Assembly: GCA_964016885.1 (NCBI GenBank)
Contig: OZ024741.1
Location: 351,788,001-351,852,000, forward strand
DNA: 64,000 nt
Direction of reading: 5' to 3'
Source of the DNA: Eledone cirrhosa
Taxonomy: Eukaryota
Shown here: piece by piece, positions 1-12,435 of the stretch
How positions within the stretch are numbered: position 1 is the first letter of the stretch
How the letters are laid out: every line of letters starts with the position of its first letter
Notes under the pieces: generated by a model
Told to the model about the DNA's origin: nothing
What the model saw: the letters and a program-made list of their open reading frames with translations, nothing else
Databases searched by the model: none
Translations under genes and position numbers: made by a program

Positions 1-27
1 CAAGCTAAGACTAAAAATACAATATCT

Positions 28-270
28 ACTAGCCATCACTCTCTGACTATCTTACATTGCTACATACCCTATCACCTTATTGCTAGCCATTACTCCCTGA
101 CTATCTTACATTGCTACATACCCTATCACCTTATTGCTAGCCATTACTCCCTGACTATCTTACATTGCTACATATCCTATCACCTTATTGCTAGCCATTA
201 CTCCCTCACTCTCTTACATTGCTACATACCCATTACTCCTTGTCTCTCTTACATTACTACCTACCCTATC
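28..270. repeat. 54-bp minisatellite, ~4 copies
   Basis: Unit gctagccattactccctgactatcttacattgctacataccctatcaccttatt recurs at 82, 136 and 190, with degenerate flanking copies. Confidence 0.9.
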
Positions 271-640
271 ACTCATTTTTGACATCCAACAACACTCATC
301 ATCAGTCTTATGCCCTGTTTCTTCTCTCTCAGCTCATTCTTGCATTGTGCATCTAGCACACAAATATTACATATCCATTAGAGTATTCTGGATTCATTTC
401 TGTACAGTCATCACATATCTTCTGCCTTTACTGCCCATGTTCCACTTCCACACAAGCATCCTACAATGTACCTTTTGCTTGGAGAGCAAATCCCTTTGTT
501 GACAACAGAAACAGTAGCTTCCTGAAACCTTTCTATCTTGTTCTTATTTTAGCTAGTATGCTTTCAGAGCAACATCCTCCAATGCTAATTAGCTCACTTA
601 TGTAAGAGAAGCTATCAACTACTTCTATGTAACCTTTCCA
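270..640 (-). mobile_element. Old degenerate RTE LINE fragment (post-RT region)
   Basis: Reverse complement resembles the VDSFRYLG..GWKKFRELLPLLT.KGF..ETWA..AEDM segment of the RTE copies at 25.6-26.7 kb. Confidence 0.65.
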
Positions 641-1214
641 AGATTGTAAAAGTGTTATTTTACTAGTGCCTCACTGTGCATCTGTCAAATACAAAGTCAA
701 CTTTCTTTTAGACTACCTGCTTATTCCACTACAACTCTTGTACACACACACACACGCACACACACACACACAGTTTCTTATTTCTATTACACCTAAACAT
801 GATTTAACCAACCAAATACATATCATACTAAACATAAAGCAAAAAAATTAATCCTGTCGATTAGGACCTACCCAAAACATACTCTCATTCATTACAATAA
901 TTGCACCTATACTAATTACTGGTATGGAGGTGACAGATGTTATCAGGTTGTGGCTGTCATGATATGTACCATTCCTTCTGTGTATATAATGTTAAATGAT
1001 GAAAGAATAAGACAGAGTGAAGTAGTTAATTAATCCATTGTTTTGACAATCATTTTAGAGAGCAAAAGTATTGATATGCAGACCAATTGATAGAAGTTTA
1101 TGTAACTCCATTGCATTAACTTTGACTAAGCACATTGATTCTGCTGTTTATCCTCCGAAACAATATTCATATCAACACCATATCATGTTCTAAAACAGTT
1201 AGGTAAAACCCTAA

Positions 1215-1960
1215 TGAGTGATACTCCTGTCGCTCATCATTTCTGTTCTCCTGGGCATTCTTCCCTACATGTTTCAGTCCTGGGTGTCACAGGCTTCGCG
1301 CACCAGGACTTAACAAAGTCTGATTCACCGCTTTGGGTCCTATTCCCCTCTTGGACTCAACTCACCTCCCTATTTCTCTAATACCCCGTCCATTATCTCA
1401 CCCCTAGATTCCTAATGCCGACTATATATGCTCACTCCACTTTTCCCTTCACTGCTCTGTATACACACATACACACCCTTATATTAACATACTTTTGCTC
1501 ATAGCTTCGTACTTACATGCACGCACACTCTTTTACTCACATATACACACACATTTCTTCTTAGCTTCATACGGACATATAATAACACACACACACAAAC
1601 ACATGCTTATGCACGTGCTCAAGTATAGCACTTTTTACAAAATGTTTTTTTTTCCATTTCAGGTAGACGCACTCCATCATCCGTTTTTCTAAAAAATAAA
1701 TAATACACAAAACACCAGCACCAACAGTTTTGCAAGAGATGTCAACATGAATGGACCTGTTATTTTTATCTAAAGACATTTTTTCCAATTCCATCCCGCC
1801 CGTCCCCTTAATCTATCTTATTTCTCATTCTTTCTTCTGATGAAGGACTAGCGTCTGAAATGTTAAGACCCTCTTCCTGCTATATCAAGCGTTAACCTAA
1901 TATATCCCTTCCATATACTGTACCGATTGCGTTGTTATTTCTGTTTACCTTTTACATATA
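1215..1960 (+). mobile_element. Penelope-like element 3' fragment (GIY-YIG C-terminus plus pseudo-LTR)
   Basis: Translates to SDTPVAHHFCSPGHSSLHVSVLGV...LIHRFGSYSPLGLNS, the typical end of PLE GIY-YIG ORFs. Followed by a hammerhead motif and a (TA)n end. Confidence 0.75.
1833..1868 (+). ncRNA. Minimal type I hammerhead ribozyme motif (PLE type)
   Basis: tctt-CTGATGA-a-ggac-tagc-gtct-GAAA-tgtt-aaga. Stem I is tctt/aaga. Stem III is the minimal ACGU palindrome, here changed to ATGT by a CpG-type substitution. Confidence 0.75.
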
Positions 1961-1967
1961 TATAATA

Positions 1968-2690
1968 TCATCATCATCATCATTTTATGTCCGCTTTTCC
2001 CTGCTTGCAAGGGTGGGACAGGTCCTATTCAGCACAGCATCTCTCCACTTGTCACGGTCCTTCATCATCTCCACCGTGAGCTTCAGCGATCTGAGGTTGC
2101 TCTTACCACCTCCGCCCATGTTTTTCGTGGTCTTCCTCTACTACGTCTTCCTTCAACTGGCATTTCTTGGCACTTCTTCACCCATTAGTCATCCTCCATG
2201 CGCATCGCATGTCCATACCACCGCAGTCTCCTCTCCCGCACACAACAATTTATCCCTCTCAGACACAGTTTCTCTCCATGCTCGGCCGTTCACGCACATT
2301 GGCATTGCACATCCAACGGAACATGCTTGCCTCATTTCTCTCCAGCCGTCACATATCCTCTGCAGTTGCTGCCCATGTCTCACTACCATGCAGCATCGCG
2401 CACCTCACACAGGCATCAGATAACTGGCCTTTCATACGCAGAGAGAAACCTTTCTTCATCAGCAGAGTAAGCAGCTCCCTAAGCTTCTTCCAACTCGTCC
2501 TTATTCTAGATACTATGGCCTCGGAACACCCAGGTACCGGAAGCTATCAACCACTTCTATAGCACCCACCTGCATAGGAAAAATGTGCCTATCAATGCGA
2601 CTTCTACTGCATACGTTTTTCTCCCTACCTGTTAGTTTGCCTGCTATCCCACTACATCTCTTGTATACCCAAGATCTGCATTGTGTACAT
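1968..2690 (-). mobile_element. 5'-truncated RTE LINE (subfamily A, short 3' UTR, (GAT)n tail)
   Basis: Reverse complement matches 25.9-26.67 kb with small deletions. The tail appears as (cat)n at 1968-1983. Confidence 0.9.
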
Positions 2691-2691
2691 T

Positions 2692-2721
<30 letters not shown>

Positions 2722-2727
<6 letters not shown>

Positions 2728-2910
2728 GGCTTCTACAGGGCTAGAACTGTTTCAATCGGGAGAAATCATCAGTGCTTCCTGATGATTTCTCCCGAATGAA
2801 ATAGTTCTAGTCCTGTAGAAGTCATTTCTATATTAAATATTTATACTCTGCTATGTATTGAGTAACTTACTTACTATGGTTACCCCTGATTGAACCCAGG
2901 ATAAACTTTA
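2722..2910 (+). ncRNA. Palindromic small element containing a type I hammerhead ribozyme (2774-2822)
   Basis: 51-bp inverted arms at 2722-2772 and 2779-2829. Plus arm reads gcttc-CTGATGA-t-ttc-tccc-gaa-t-GAA-atag-ttctagtc-ctgt-A-gaagt. Flanked by (GA)n and (TA)n. Its 3' tail recurs inverted at ~12185-12225. Confidence 0.75.
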
Positions 2911-3124
2911 TATATATGTATATATATAACCCATGCTAGCGTGGAAAATGGACGTTAAACGAAGATGATGATGATGATATATATATATAACCCATACACA
3001 CAGTGGCTGCCTGATACTTTATTTGAAAAGCCAAGATGTTCAGGTTCTATGGCTAGCGTAGTCTCTAAATAAACGTTGAAACAAGTGAAAATTAAAATAA
3101 AATAAATAGCTGTTTATCACTTAC

Positions 3125-3310
3125 CTTGCGTTTGAGAAAGGTAAGTTTTTCAACAACTGAATCAAGGGCTTTAGTAACCTCTCCCACTGTAACAGGTTTC
3201 TTCTGCAGGCACTTCTCCAAATCGTTACCAACAATTTGTAGGTGAGAAATCTCACGGTCAATGTTTTTCTGAGCAGAACGAAATTTCTTATTTAACAGTT
3301 CATAAGGAAC
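3125..3310 (-). CDS. MAEA: Internal coding exon (equivalent to exon 2) of E3 ubiquitin-protein transferase MAEA / macrophage erythroblast attacher
   Basis: Polypyrimidine tract and tttcag acceptor, gtaagt donor, 186 nt, phase 0/0. Translates [62 protein letters not shown], matching human [24 protein letters not shown]...VVEKLSVLKRK. Confidence 0.95.
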
Positions 3311-3655
3311 CTGAAAGTAAACAAGAAAAAAGAAAAAAAATCAACAAATCACAATAATCAATTATAATAAAGCTATTGTATCTTTCAATTAAAATGTCAG
3401 TCATGTTGGAAATGAGATGGTGGTGGTAAATTTCTGACTGTAATTAGTTTTTTATGGAAAAAGAAGGGAAAATGTGTGTATGTGAGAGATAGATAGAGAC
3501 ACAAAGAGAGGTGGTCATGCACCCCCAGTTGTTTTCTAAACCCTTTTTGATTTGATAATATCCATGCTCACACAAATTCTTTTTTAACGTGATTTTATCA
3601 ATTGCGCCAAACTTTTCGTTGGATGGTTTAATGATTCTACCAAACCACTAAACTC

Positions 3656-3840
3656 GTAATAATAATTGTTTCTACTTTTTGGCACAAGGCCAGCAATTAT
3701 CTCAGTGTATTACTGGTACTTTATTTTATCGACCCCGTAAGGATGAAAGGCAAAGTTAACCTCGGCGGGATTTGAACTCAGACTATAAAGGGCCGTAACT
3801 CTTTGCTGCAAAGCATGGTGTCCGACCCTCTACCGATACT
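3656..3840 (-). mobile_element. tRNA-derived SINE, young copy ((TAT)n tail)
   Basis: B-box gagttcaaatccc and core ctttgcctttcatccttacggggtcgataaaataaagtaccag. Near-identical to the copies at 38915 and 41258. Confidence 0.85.
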
Positions 3841-4279
3841 AATAATGATTTCCAATTTAGGCACAGGGATACAGTCGATAAAATCAACACCAGTACTTGA
3901 CTGGTACTTTATTTTTTTATCAACACTGGTCAGTATGAGAGTGAAATATACAGGAGAACTACAAATAACAATGAGAGAGGGGAGGGGGGCACTTACATTG
4001 AGTTAAAAGGTGATGGGTGCAGCAATAACAATAAGGACCCATTATAGCCAGGTCACTCGGCTACCTCTGATGGTCAGAACACAATGCTATAGAGAACACA
4101 AATAGTTATTTAACAATTATTTATAGCAACCTACTAGAAATAGTTGCCAATTTCTTTTTGAATCGTACACTAATTACTGATTTAAAAATAAAAAAAAAAA
4201 AAGATACTGTAGTATCCTATGTGCCTAAAAACAAAATTAAAATGTCACAATTGGAAATGCAATTGATCATAGCATCAAG

Positions 4280-4552
4280 TAGCTGAGATCAGAGCTGACC
4301 TGGAACTAAACAACAATAACATAGGTTGGCTGGAACCAGAAATAACCTGGGGTTAAACAACAAATTAGGTTGACAGGGATCATGACTGACATGGGACTAA
4401 ACAACAACATAGGTTGGCTGGGATCAGAGCTGACCTAGGGTTAAACATCAACAACAATGTAGGTTGGCTAGGATTAGAACTGACCTGGGTTAAACAACAA
4501 CAACAACAACAGGATGGTGGGATCAAGACTGACCAGGGGTTTAATAGCAACA
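4280..4552. repeat. Degenerate ~43-bp tandem repeat, ~6 copies
   Basis: Recurrent aggttggctgggatcagagctgacctggggttaaacaacaac. Confidence 0.75.
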
Positions 4553-4894
4553 ACAAATATATATCCTGGCAGAATCATCGCTGCAAAACACAAAATGGCT
4601 TATGGTATAGTGGTAGTGATGGCAGTGATGATGATGGTGGTGGTGACGTGGACGATGGTGGTAGGGTCAAAGATGACTATGATGAGGATGATGCTGATAA
4701 TGGCAACAGCGGTGGTGATGATAATAATGATGATGATGATGATGATGATGATGGCAGTGACGTTGATAATGGAGGTGGAGTTAGTGGTGAGTGGTGCTGG
4801 TGAAACATTGGGTGGTGGTAACAGTGGTGGTGTTGGTAGTGTTGATGGTGTTGTTGTTGTTGGTAGTGTTGATGGTGTTGTTGTTGGTGTTGGT

Positions 4895-5815
4895 GTTGTT
4901 AGTGCTGGAGTGGTACTAGTGGAAACATTGGTGGTGTTGGTGTTGTTAGTGGTGGAGTGGTACTGGTGGAAACATTGGTGGTGTTGGTGTTGTTAGTGGT
5001 GGAGTGGTACTGGTGGAAACATTGGTGGTGTTGGTGTTGTTAGTGGTGGAGTGGTACTGGTGGAAACATTGGTGGTGTTGGTGTTGTTAGTGGTGGAAAC
5101 ATTGGTGGTGTTGGTGTTGTTAGTGGTGGAGTGGTACTGGTGGAAACATTGGTGGTGTTGGTGTTGTTAGTGGTGGAAACATTGGTGGTGTTGGTGTTGT
5201 TAGTGGTGGAGTGGTACTGGTGGAAACATTGGTGTTGTTAGTGGTGGAGTGGTACTGGTGGAAACATTGGTGGTGTTGGTGTTGTTAGTGGTGGAGTGGT
5301 ACTGGTGGAAACATTGGTGGTGTTGGTGTTGTTAGTGGTGGAAACATTGGTGGTGTTGGTGTTGTTAGTGGTGGAGTGGTACTGGTGGAAACATTGGTGG
5401 TGTTGGTGTTGTTAGTGGTGGAAACATTGGTGGTGTTGGTGTTGTTAGTGGTGGAGTGGTACTGGTGGAAACATTGGTGGTGTTGGTGTTGTTAGTGGTG
5501 GAGTGGTACTGGTGGAAACATTGGTGGTGTTGGTGTTGTTAGTGGTGGAAACATTGGTGGTGTTGGTGTTGTTAGTGGTGGAGTGGTACTGGTGGAAACA
5601 TTGGTGGTGTTGGTGTTGTTAGTGGTGGAAACATTGGTGGTGTTGGTGTTGTTAGTGGTGGAGTGGTACTGGTGGAATTGTTAGTAGTGGAGTGATACTG
5701 GTGGAAACATTGGTGGTGTTGGTGTTGTTAGTGGTGGAGTGGTACTGGTGGAAACATTGGTGGTGTTGGTGTTGTTAGTGGTGGAGTGGTACAGGTGGAA
5801 ACATTGGTGGTGGTG
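4895..5815. repeat. GT-rich minisatellite of mixed 47-bp and 33-bp units
   Basis: Unit ggtggaaacattggtggtgttggtgttgttagt with or without ggtggagtggtact, often alternating. Confidence 0.9.
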
Positions 5816-6479
5816 GTGGCAGTGGTATTGGTGGTGGTATTAATGGTGGAGTGGTGCTGGTGGCAGAGTGTTGGGTGTGTTGGTGTCAGGTGTGTTGGGT
5901 GTATTGGTGTCAGGTGTGTTGGTGGTGGCAGAGGTGCTGGTAGAAACATTGGGTGGTGTTGGTGGTAGTGGTGATGTGATTAGTGGTGGTGATGGTGGTG
6001 GTGGTGATGATGATGATGTTGCTGCTGGTGTTAGTGGTGGCTGTGGTGTTAATGGTGGGGTGGTGGCGGCGTTAGTGGTGGAGTGGTGCTGGTGGAAACA
6101 TTGGAGAAGGCAGTAGGGTGGGAGTGAAATATCCAGTTTAATTATCTGACAGGAAGTAACTGGGAATCTACTTTATCATCATTCCATGGAAACTGAAGAA
6201 TGTTGTTTGGTAGCACAGTGGTGGTGGTGATGGTAGGTGGAAGTGGTTGTGGTGTTGTTGTTGGTGGTGCTGGTGATGGTGGTGGTGGTAAAAGCAGAAG
6301 AGAGAGAGGGAGAGAGAAAGAATAAGAGTGGGAGGGGTGGAAGAGATGGAGAAAGTGAAAGAGAGATTGATGGAGAAGGAATGATGAATTTGTGTAGAGT
6401 GAGGATGGAGTGAGTAGTGTCTTCTTTCTCAAACATGCAAACTTTAGCAATATTTTGAAATGGATGGCAGCAAAAAAAA

Positions 6480-7258
6480 AAATAAAGAAATAATAATAAT
6501 AATTAAAACAATAATGATTTCTTTAATCATCACAAAGGGTTTACATTAAGAAAATCATTAAGACGACACAAGACGAAAACACAGTGTGTGTACATGAGGG
6601 TATGTGAGTGTGTGGCAGTGTGTGGGTTTTGCATGTAAACAGGTTTAACGATAATAGAAGAAAGGTAACAATAAAAATTTTAATAATGGGGAATTCCTTG
6701 ATTGGGAGATGTCCAAGGGCATAAATGGAAAAAACTCATAAAACCACAGGTACCCTGATCTCTAAGGCAAGTGCCCTGTCCCAGTTATCCTCCTCCAATC
6801 TACACTCAGAGCAGGCCCATTCACTTGGGCCATATTCATCTCTATCACTCACCTTTCAACAAACTTGTTCGAAGGCAGCACTTCCCTATCTTGATTTTCC
6901 TCTTCAAGTGAAACTTCAAACAGTTAATCAAGGCTTTGTTGAAGAGGAAAGTTCGTCTTTAACTCTTTCAAACATGCAAAGTCTTTTGCCATGGCTATCA
7001 AACAGATAAAAACAGCCTACCCTTCCTGACAAAAGGAAGGCAGCAGGGCAATCTTCACAAAGGATTCAGCTGAGAGCCGGATTTGTCCTACATGCGACAA
7101 CAGGAGTTTGACATAAACTCACAAGTTAGCAATGCTCGGACATTCGAGGAGTGCATGCAGGACAGTTTCATCACTCTGCACACATCATGGACATGTCTGG
7201 ATGACAGCACTTCCATACCTATAGAGCTTATCTCAAACTGACAAAGCTCCCTGGTAGT
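6480..7258 (-). mobile_element. L1-clade (Tx1-like) LINE 3' fragment with CCHC zinc knuckle
   Basis: Minus strand translates YQGALSV*DKLYRYGSAVIQTCP*CVQSDETVLHALLECPSIANL*VYV (zf-RVT-like), followed by a 3' UTR and an (ATT)n tail. Confidence 0.8.
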
Positions 7259-7752
7259 TATGTGTGTGCATGTGTATCCATATCTGTTTTTATGTCTACT
7301 GTTTGTTTATCTTTTGTAACTTAGAAGTTCAAAAGAAAGAGATCAATAAAATAAGTACAAGACTTAAAAAATAAGTAGTGGGGTTTATATAATTGATCAA
7401 ATCCCTCTAGGCTAGTGCCACAGTATGACTGCTGTCTGATGACTGAAATCACCACAATAACATCTAACTACAGTTTCATTTGCAATTGAGTATGATTTGA
7501 TAGCATGTACCATGCTTTGTTTAGGGTTTTAGATGCCTGTACAGTTTCAAGACACAGACACTCTTTTGAACCATCCTCCCTAAATCCAGCAGAACATTCA
7601 GGATATAATAGCTGAAAAGAGAGAAGGCTGTACTAACAGCACCAGGCTGATACTTTCTTTATCAACCCTGAAAAAATAAAAGGCAAAGTGCATCTCCGGG
7701 AAAGTTGCACACAGAACACGGAGAGCCTTAACAAATACCTGATGCTTTAATG

Positions 7753-7916
7753 CAGTCATAGGCAAACCTCGGCCCATGAGCCACATGCAGTCTATTTGGA
7801 TTTCTGAATGGCACACCTAATTTCAAAATTGCCATGAATATTTTTGTAGTGTAGCCTGCTTTATGATGAGCCACATCCTATGTGACGCACTAATCGAAAA
7901 ACGCTGCCCATGCCTG
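7753..7916. mobile_element. hAT-type MITE, 164 bp
   Basis: Imperfect TIRs cagtcataggcaaac / gctgcccatgcctg, subterminal gagccacat motifs, degenerate 8-bp TSD ctttaatg / ctctaata. Confidence 0.6.
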
Positions 7917-8219
7917 CTCTAATAACTCTGCCAAGTAATACATTACCAAAGATTTTGCAGCTATTTCTAGCATTTGGAACTTGTTAACTTGATCATCATC
8001 ATGATCATTGTTTTATGGTTGCTTTCTATAACAGTGAATTAGGTATATTTTATCATGATACCAACACTAATGAGGCTGTTATGTCTGTGACAAAGACTGA
8101 ACAATCCTCTTTAACTTGTCCAATCACCAGCTACTTTACAGAGAGTACTGAGTACATTTTATCTTGGCATCTGCTGGTCCATCTCAGCCACACTGTTAGC
8201 ACCAGGTGGTTCATCTAAA

Positions 8220-9730
8220 TAAAACAATGTGACAAAGCTAGATGAAATGACATAAACTAGATGAAAAGAAATTATAAGCAAGGTGAAAGGAGCCAACAAA
8301 ATTGACAAAATGACAAAAACTAAAGACAGAATAAGATAACCAAAATCAATAAAATGAAGCAGTTTAAATGATATAAAAATTGATAATAAAACATGAAATT
8401 CATCAAAACAAACACAAAACGATTTGACAGAAATGGAAAATGAAAGCGAATGAAAAGGGTAATAAAATAGATGAAACAGAAGAGAGAAAAAACAAGATTT
8501 ACATCGTACACATAAGAGGAATAGAAAAAAAGAGATGATTTTAAAAAAGACAAGAATGCACCCAGTACACATTTTAAAATGGTTAGGAAAGACATCCAGC
8601 TATATAAATGATATCTGGCTTGTACTGGACTGTGATGACTCATCCAACCCATACCAACATGGAAAGTGGACATAGAATTATGATGATAATGATGACAATG
8701 AATGTGAAACAACGATAAGGTCAGAATAGAAAAGAAGATGCTGAAATAGATGAAATGAGAAGATGGACCCCCCCCCCCCCCTCCTACCACACACAAAAAG
8801 AAAGAGATTAGAGATGAAAGTGAGGCGAAATGAAATGACAAGGTAAAGACATGGGAAAATAAGACAATGAATGAGAGGGATGAAAGAAACAAAAAATTGA
8901 CAGGCGATAACAATGAAAATAAATATATAAATAAAAGAATATAAAAAAAAGAGAGAAAAGAAAAAAATAAGGCAAGGAGACAACACAACAAATAGCACTG
9001 CTAAAAAAGAGGAAATGAGAAGACCAAATTGCTGAATTGAAAAAAACAGTGAATGGTTGTGGGAGAAGATGATGATGAGGTTGTCATTGTACTTGATAAT
9101 GATAGTGATGAGATGACAATGACCATGATAGTGGGGATGTTGATGATAAAAAATAACAGGAACAAACAGAAGAATATTCAAAACAATAAAAATAAAATAA
9201 TGAAGATCAAAGTAAAAAAAAATAATTCAGGAGTAGGGTGGTGGTGGTGGTGATGGTTGTTAAGCTTGTGATGTTGGTGATTGAGGTTGTGGTGGTGGGA
9301 GTGGTATATGAGAGGAAAAGGGAAAGAAATTAAAGCAAAAATAAACCAAACACTGCCAGTAACAATAACACAACCACCACCACCACCACAAACAACATGA
9401 CCACCACCAACAACAACACCATGACCACCACCAACAACACACCATGACCACCACCACCACCATCAGTAACAACACCAACACCACTACCACAACCAGCAAC
9501 AGCATCACAGCCAACACCACCATCACAACTAACATGGAAACAACCACATCCAACATCAACAGCCCCACATCACCACCACCAACATCAACACCACATCCAA
9601 CACCAACACCACTATCACCACAACCAACATCAACACACCACCACCAGCACCACAACCAACACATCAACACCACTATCACAACCAACATCTACACCAGCAC
9701 CACCACAACCACCAGCATCACCACCAAAAA
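8220..9730. repeat. Low-complexity region (A/purine-rich, then CAA/CAC-rich)
   Basis: Compositionally biased degenerate microsatellites. Confidence 0.7.
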
Positions 9731-10544
9731 ACAAAAATATTAAATAAATGGGTTGAAAACAGAGCAGGGTAGAGGGTGTGTGAGGTGTGTGAGGGGGTGG
9801 GGTGTACAGCACTAGTAAATGTTTGAAAGAAAACAACAAAAAAGCAAAACAGAAAAAAAAAAGAAATGAGTTGAAGAATTAGTGAAAAATAATTTATTTT
9901 GGAAAGTTAAAACATAAATCATATTAAGAACCTTGGATCTTCCTCCTCCCTCCATCACTCCTCACTCTACTACCACTCACCTCATCACCCCTACCTGCTA
10001 ACCTCCACTGCCACTCACTCCTACTCAGCACCACTGTCCACACCTACCTACTACACCATCCCCTCTACCCCCACTAACCCCACCTACCTACCATGCTATC
10101 ACCCTCTACCCTTATACATCCCACTAAATACACATCTCCTACCATAGTATTTTCTTCATCATCAGCTCCTGCTACCAAAACTGTTTGACAGGTCTTACAG
10201 AGTATTGATTTCATTTTTACCCCCACCCCCATTATGTTTCAGTCCTGAAGTCTTTAATCTAATAGAGCAAATTTTCACAACAATCTGCCAGGTAATAGAG
10301 TTACTATAAACATATGAATTAACAACCCACATGAAAGCACATTAGCAAGACATTCTTGAAAAGTATAAAACAGCACAATAACTACATCACATTAAAAATT
10401 AATGTCTTTACTCTAATATTCCAAATTTCACAATGATTCATCCACTAGTAGAGATACTATAAACATATAAATAAAAAAAAAAAAATGTCTTTTTTTAAAG
10501 ATATTTTCTGCTACTTTTACAGGGTACTCAGAGTTAAGGGTGGT

Positions 10545-11360
10545 GGATTGAGAGAGCCATTAGAGCATCAGACAAAATACATTATGATATTTGTTTCAGC
10601 TCATCACATTCTGAGTTTAAATCCTGTCAATGTCAACTTTGCTAGTCATTCTTCCAGGCATTGATAAAATAAAGTACCAGTCAAGTACTGGCCTTGTGTC
10701 TAAATTAGAAACCAGCATTTTTGGCTGTGTAGTTAATCTCACATCAAAACCTTATGGTTTCTGGTTCAGCCTAACTGCATGGCACCATGGACAAGTGTTT
10801 TCAACTATAGACTTGGGTTGACCAGTACCTTGAGTGAAATTTGGCAAATGGAAACAACAGAAGTTCATTGTATATGTGTATGTGTGTTTATATTCTGTAA
10901 TTTAACAGTTCGACAAAAGAGACATCAATAAAATAGTACCAGACTTGAAATAAGTACCGGAAACTACTAAAAGAATATTATTATTAAATTGCTGGCCTTG
11001 TGTCTCAATTAGAAACCATCATTAAACTAATATTTGGCATGACATAATTTAACAAACGGTTCTTCCAAAAATACTCTTCAGTTGTGTCAAAGCAAGACAA
11101 TCACTCGTGCTGGTGTTTGGATAAAATGCATCCAGTTACACTCTGTAAAGTGATAATGCCAATGCCATGAGAAAAATGCACTTAGTATGATCTGTAAAAA
11201 AGGTAGTGCTGGTGCTATGATAAAATGTATTCAGTATGCTCTGTAAAGTGGTTGGCATTAAGGAGGGCATCTGAGAGAGACATTGTTTAACTGAGTACTA
11301 AGTCTTTAATGAAATATCCAACCCAACTAGGAGAGGTATAATTTAAAATGATGATGATGT
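10545..11360 (+). mobile_element. Cluster of old tRNA-derived SINEs and an RTE-tail SINE
   Basis: Degenerate copies of the gagttcaaatcc/ataaaataaagtaccag family, the ggcaagtgtcttc family and the gtaaagtggttggcattaggaagggcatc family. Confidence 0.65.
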
Positions 11361-11629
11361 TTGGAACATAAAATTATAGTAGAAAGTTTTGAAATAGAAA
11401 CACTTTAAAACAAACAGTTTCCTATAATAGAACAAGGAGTAGTTTCAGACATCATGGTGCTAAATAAAATTACGGTATTTTGTCTAATACTTTCTCCTGA
11501 ACACCACAATTTCAGTGAATATTTATTGCAATTTTTTTACTATTGTTGTTTAGTACCAAGACATATCTCATTGAGCACACTTCTAATCAAAAACATATTA
11601 GACATGTACATCACATTCTTTAAAAGGAT

Positions 11630-11955
11630 ATCAAGAACTGCACTATCTAACCTATCACACACATCCAATAAAGCATGGTTGCTTCATTTCTCTCCAGTCT
11701 ATGCATGTCCCCTCCAGTCACAGGCCATGTTTCACTACCATGCAGCATTGCTCTTTGCATGCAGGCATCATGCAGTTGTCCTATTGTATATAGGGAGAAA
11801 ACTTTTATAGTCAACAGTGGGAGTAGCTCTCAAAACCTTTTCCATCCTATCCATATTACAGCTATTATACTCTCAGATCACCTTCTGCTGCTAATTAAGT
11901 CAGCTAGATAGCAGAAGTTATCAACCACTTCTATCGACCCTTCCTGTGACTTGAA
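11630..11955 (-). mobile_element. Degenerate RTE LINE fragment (subfamily A)
   Basis: Reverse complement matches 53020-53320 and 26050-26330. Confidence 0.8.
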
Positions 11956-11966
11956 AAGTTTTATAT

Positions 11967-12147
11967 AAGACATTTTTTCCAATTCCAACCCACCCATCCC
12001 CTCAATCTATCTTATTTCACATTCTTTCTTCTGATGAAGAACTAGCATCTGAAACGTTAAAACCCTCTTCCTGCTATATCAAGCGTTAACCTAATATATC
12101 CCTTCCTGTACCGATTGTGTTGTTATTTCTGTTTACCTTTTAGATAT

Positions 12148-12186
<39 letters not shown>

Positions 12187-12435
12187 GTACGTTATTCCGG
12201 GTTGAATCGGAGGTAACCACATATATATATATATCACTTTTCCTCCACTATACTCTTCTTACTTTCACCTTCTCCATCTCACCCATCTATTTCGCCCTGC
12301 CCATCTCTTCAATCTTTCTAATTTCTCATTCTTTCTTTTGATGAAAGACTGGTGTCGGAATTATTAAAACCCTCTTACTGCTATTTCAACCGTTAAACTA
12401 ATATATTCCTTCCATATACTGTACTGTTTGTGTTG
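11967..12435 (+). mobile_element. Two tandem Penelope pseudo-LTR copies with hammerhead motifs (12027-12062 intact core; ~12334-12370 degenerate)
   Basis: Close match to 1773-1955. First copy reads tctt-CTGATGA-agaactagcatct-GAAA-CGTT-aaaa. Confidence 0.75.

Noticed and set aside
4414-6450. Asp/Gly/Val/Thr-rich ORFs
   Set aside because: Translations of GAT/GGT microsatellites and the 47/33-bp minisatellite
8159-9839. Hydrophobic Phe/Leu-rich and Thr-rich ORFs resembling membrane proteins
   Set aside because: Products of A-rich and CAA-rich low-complexity DNA with no recognisable motifs
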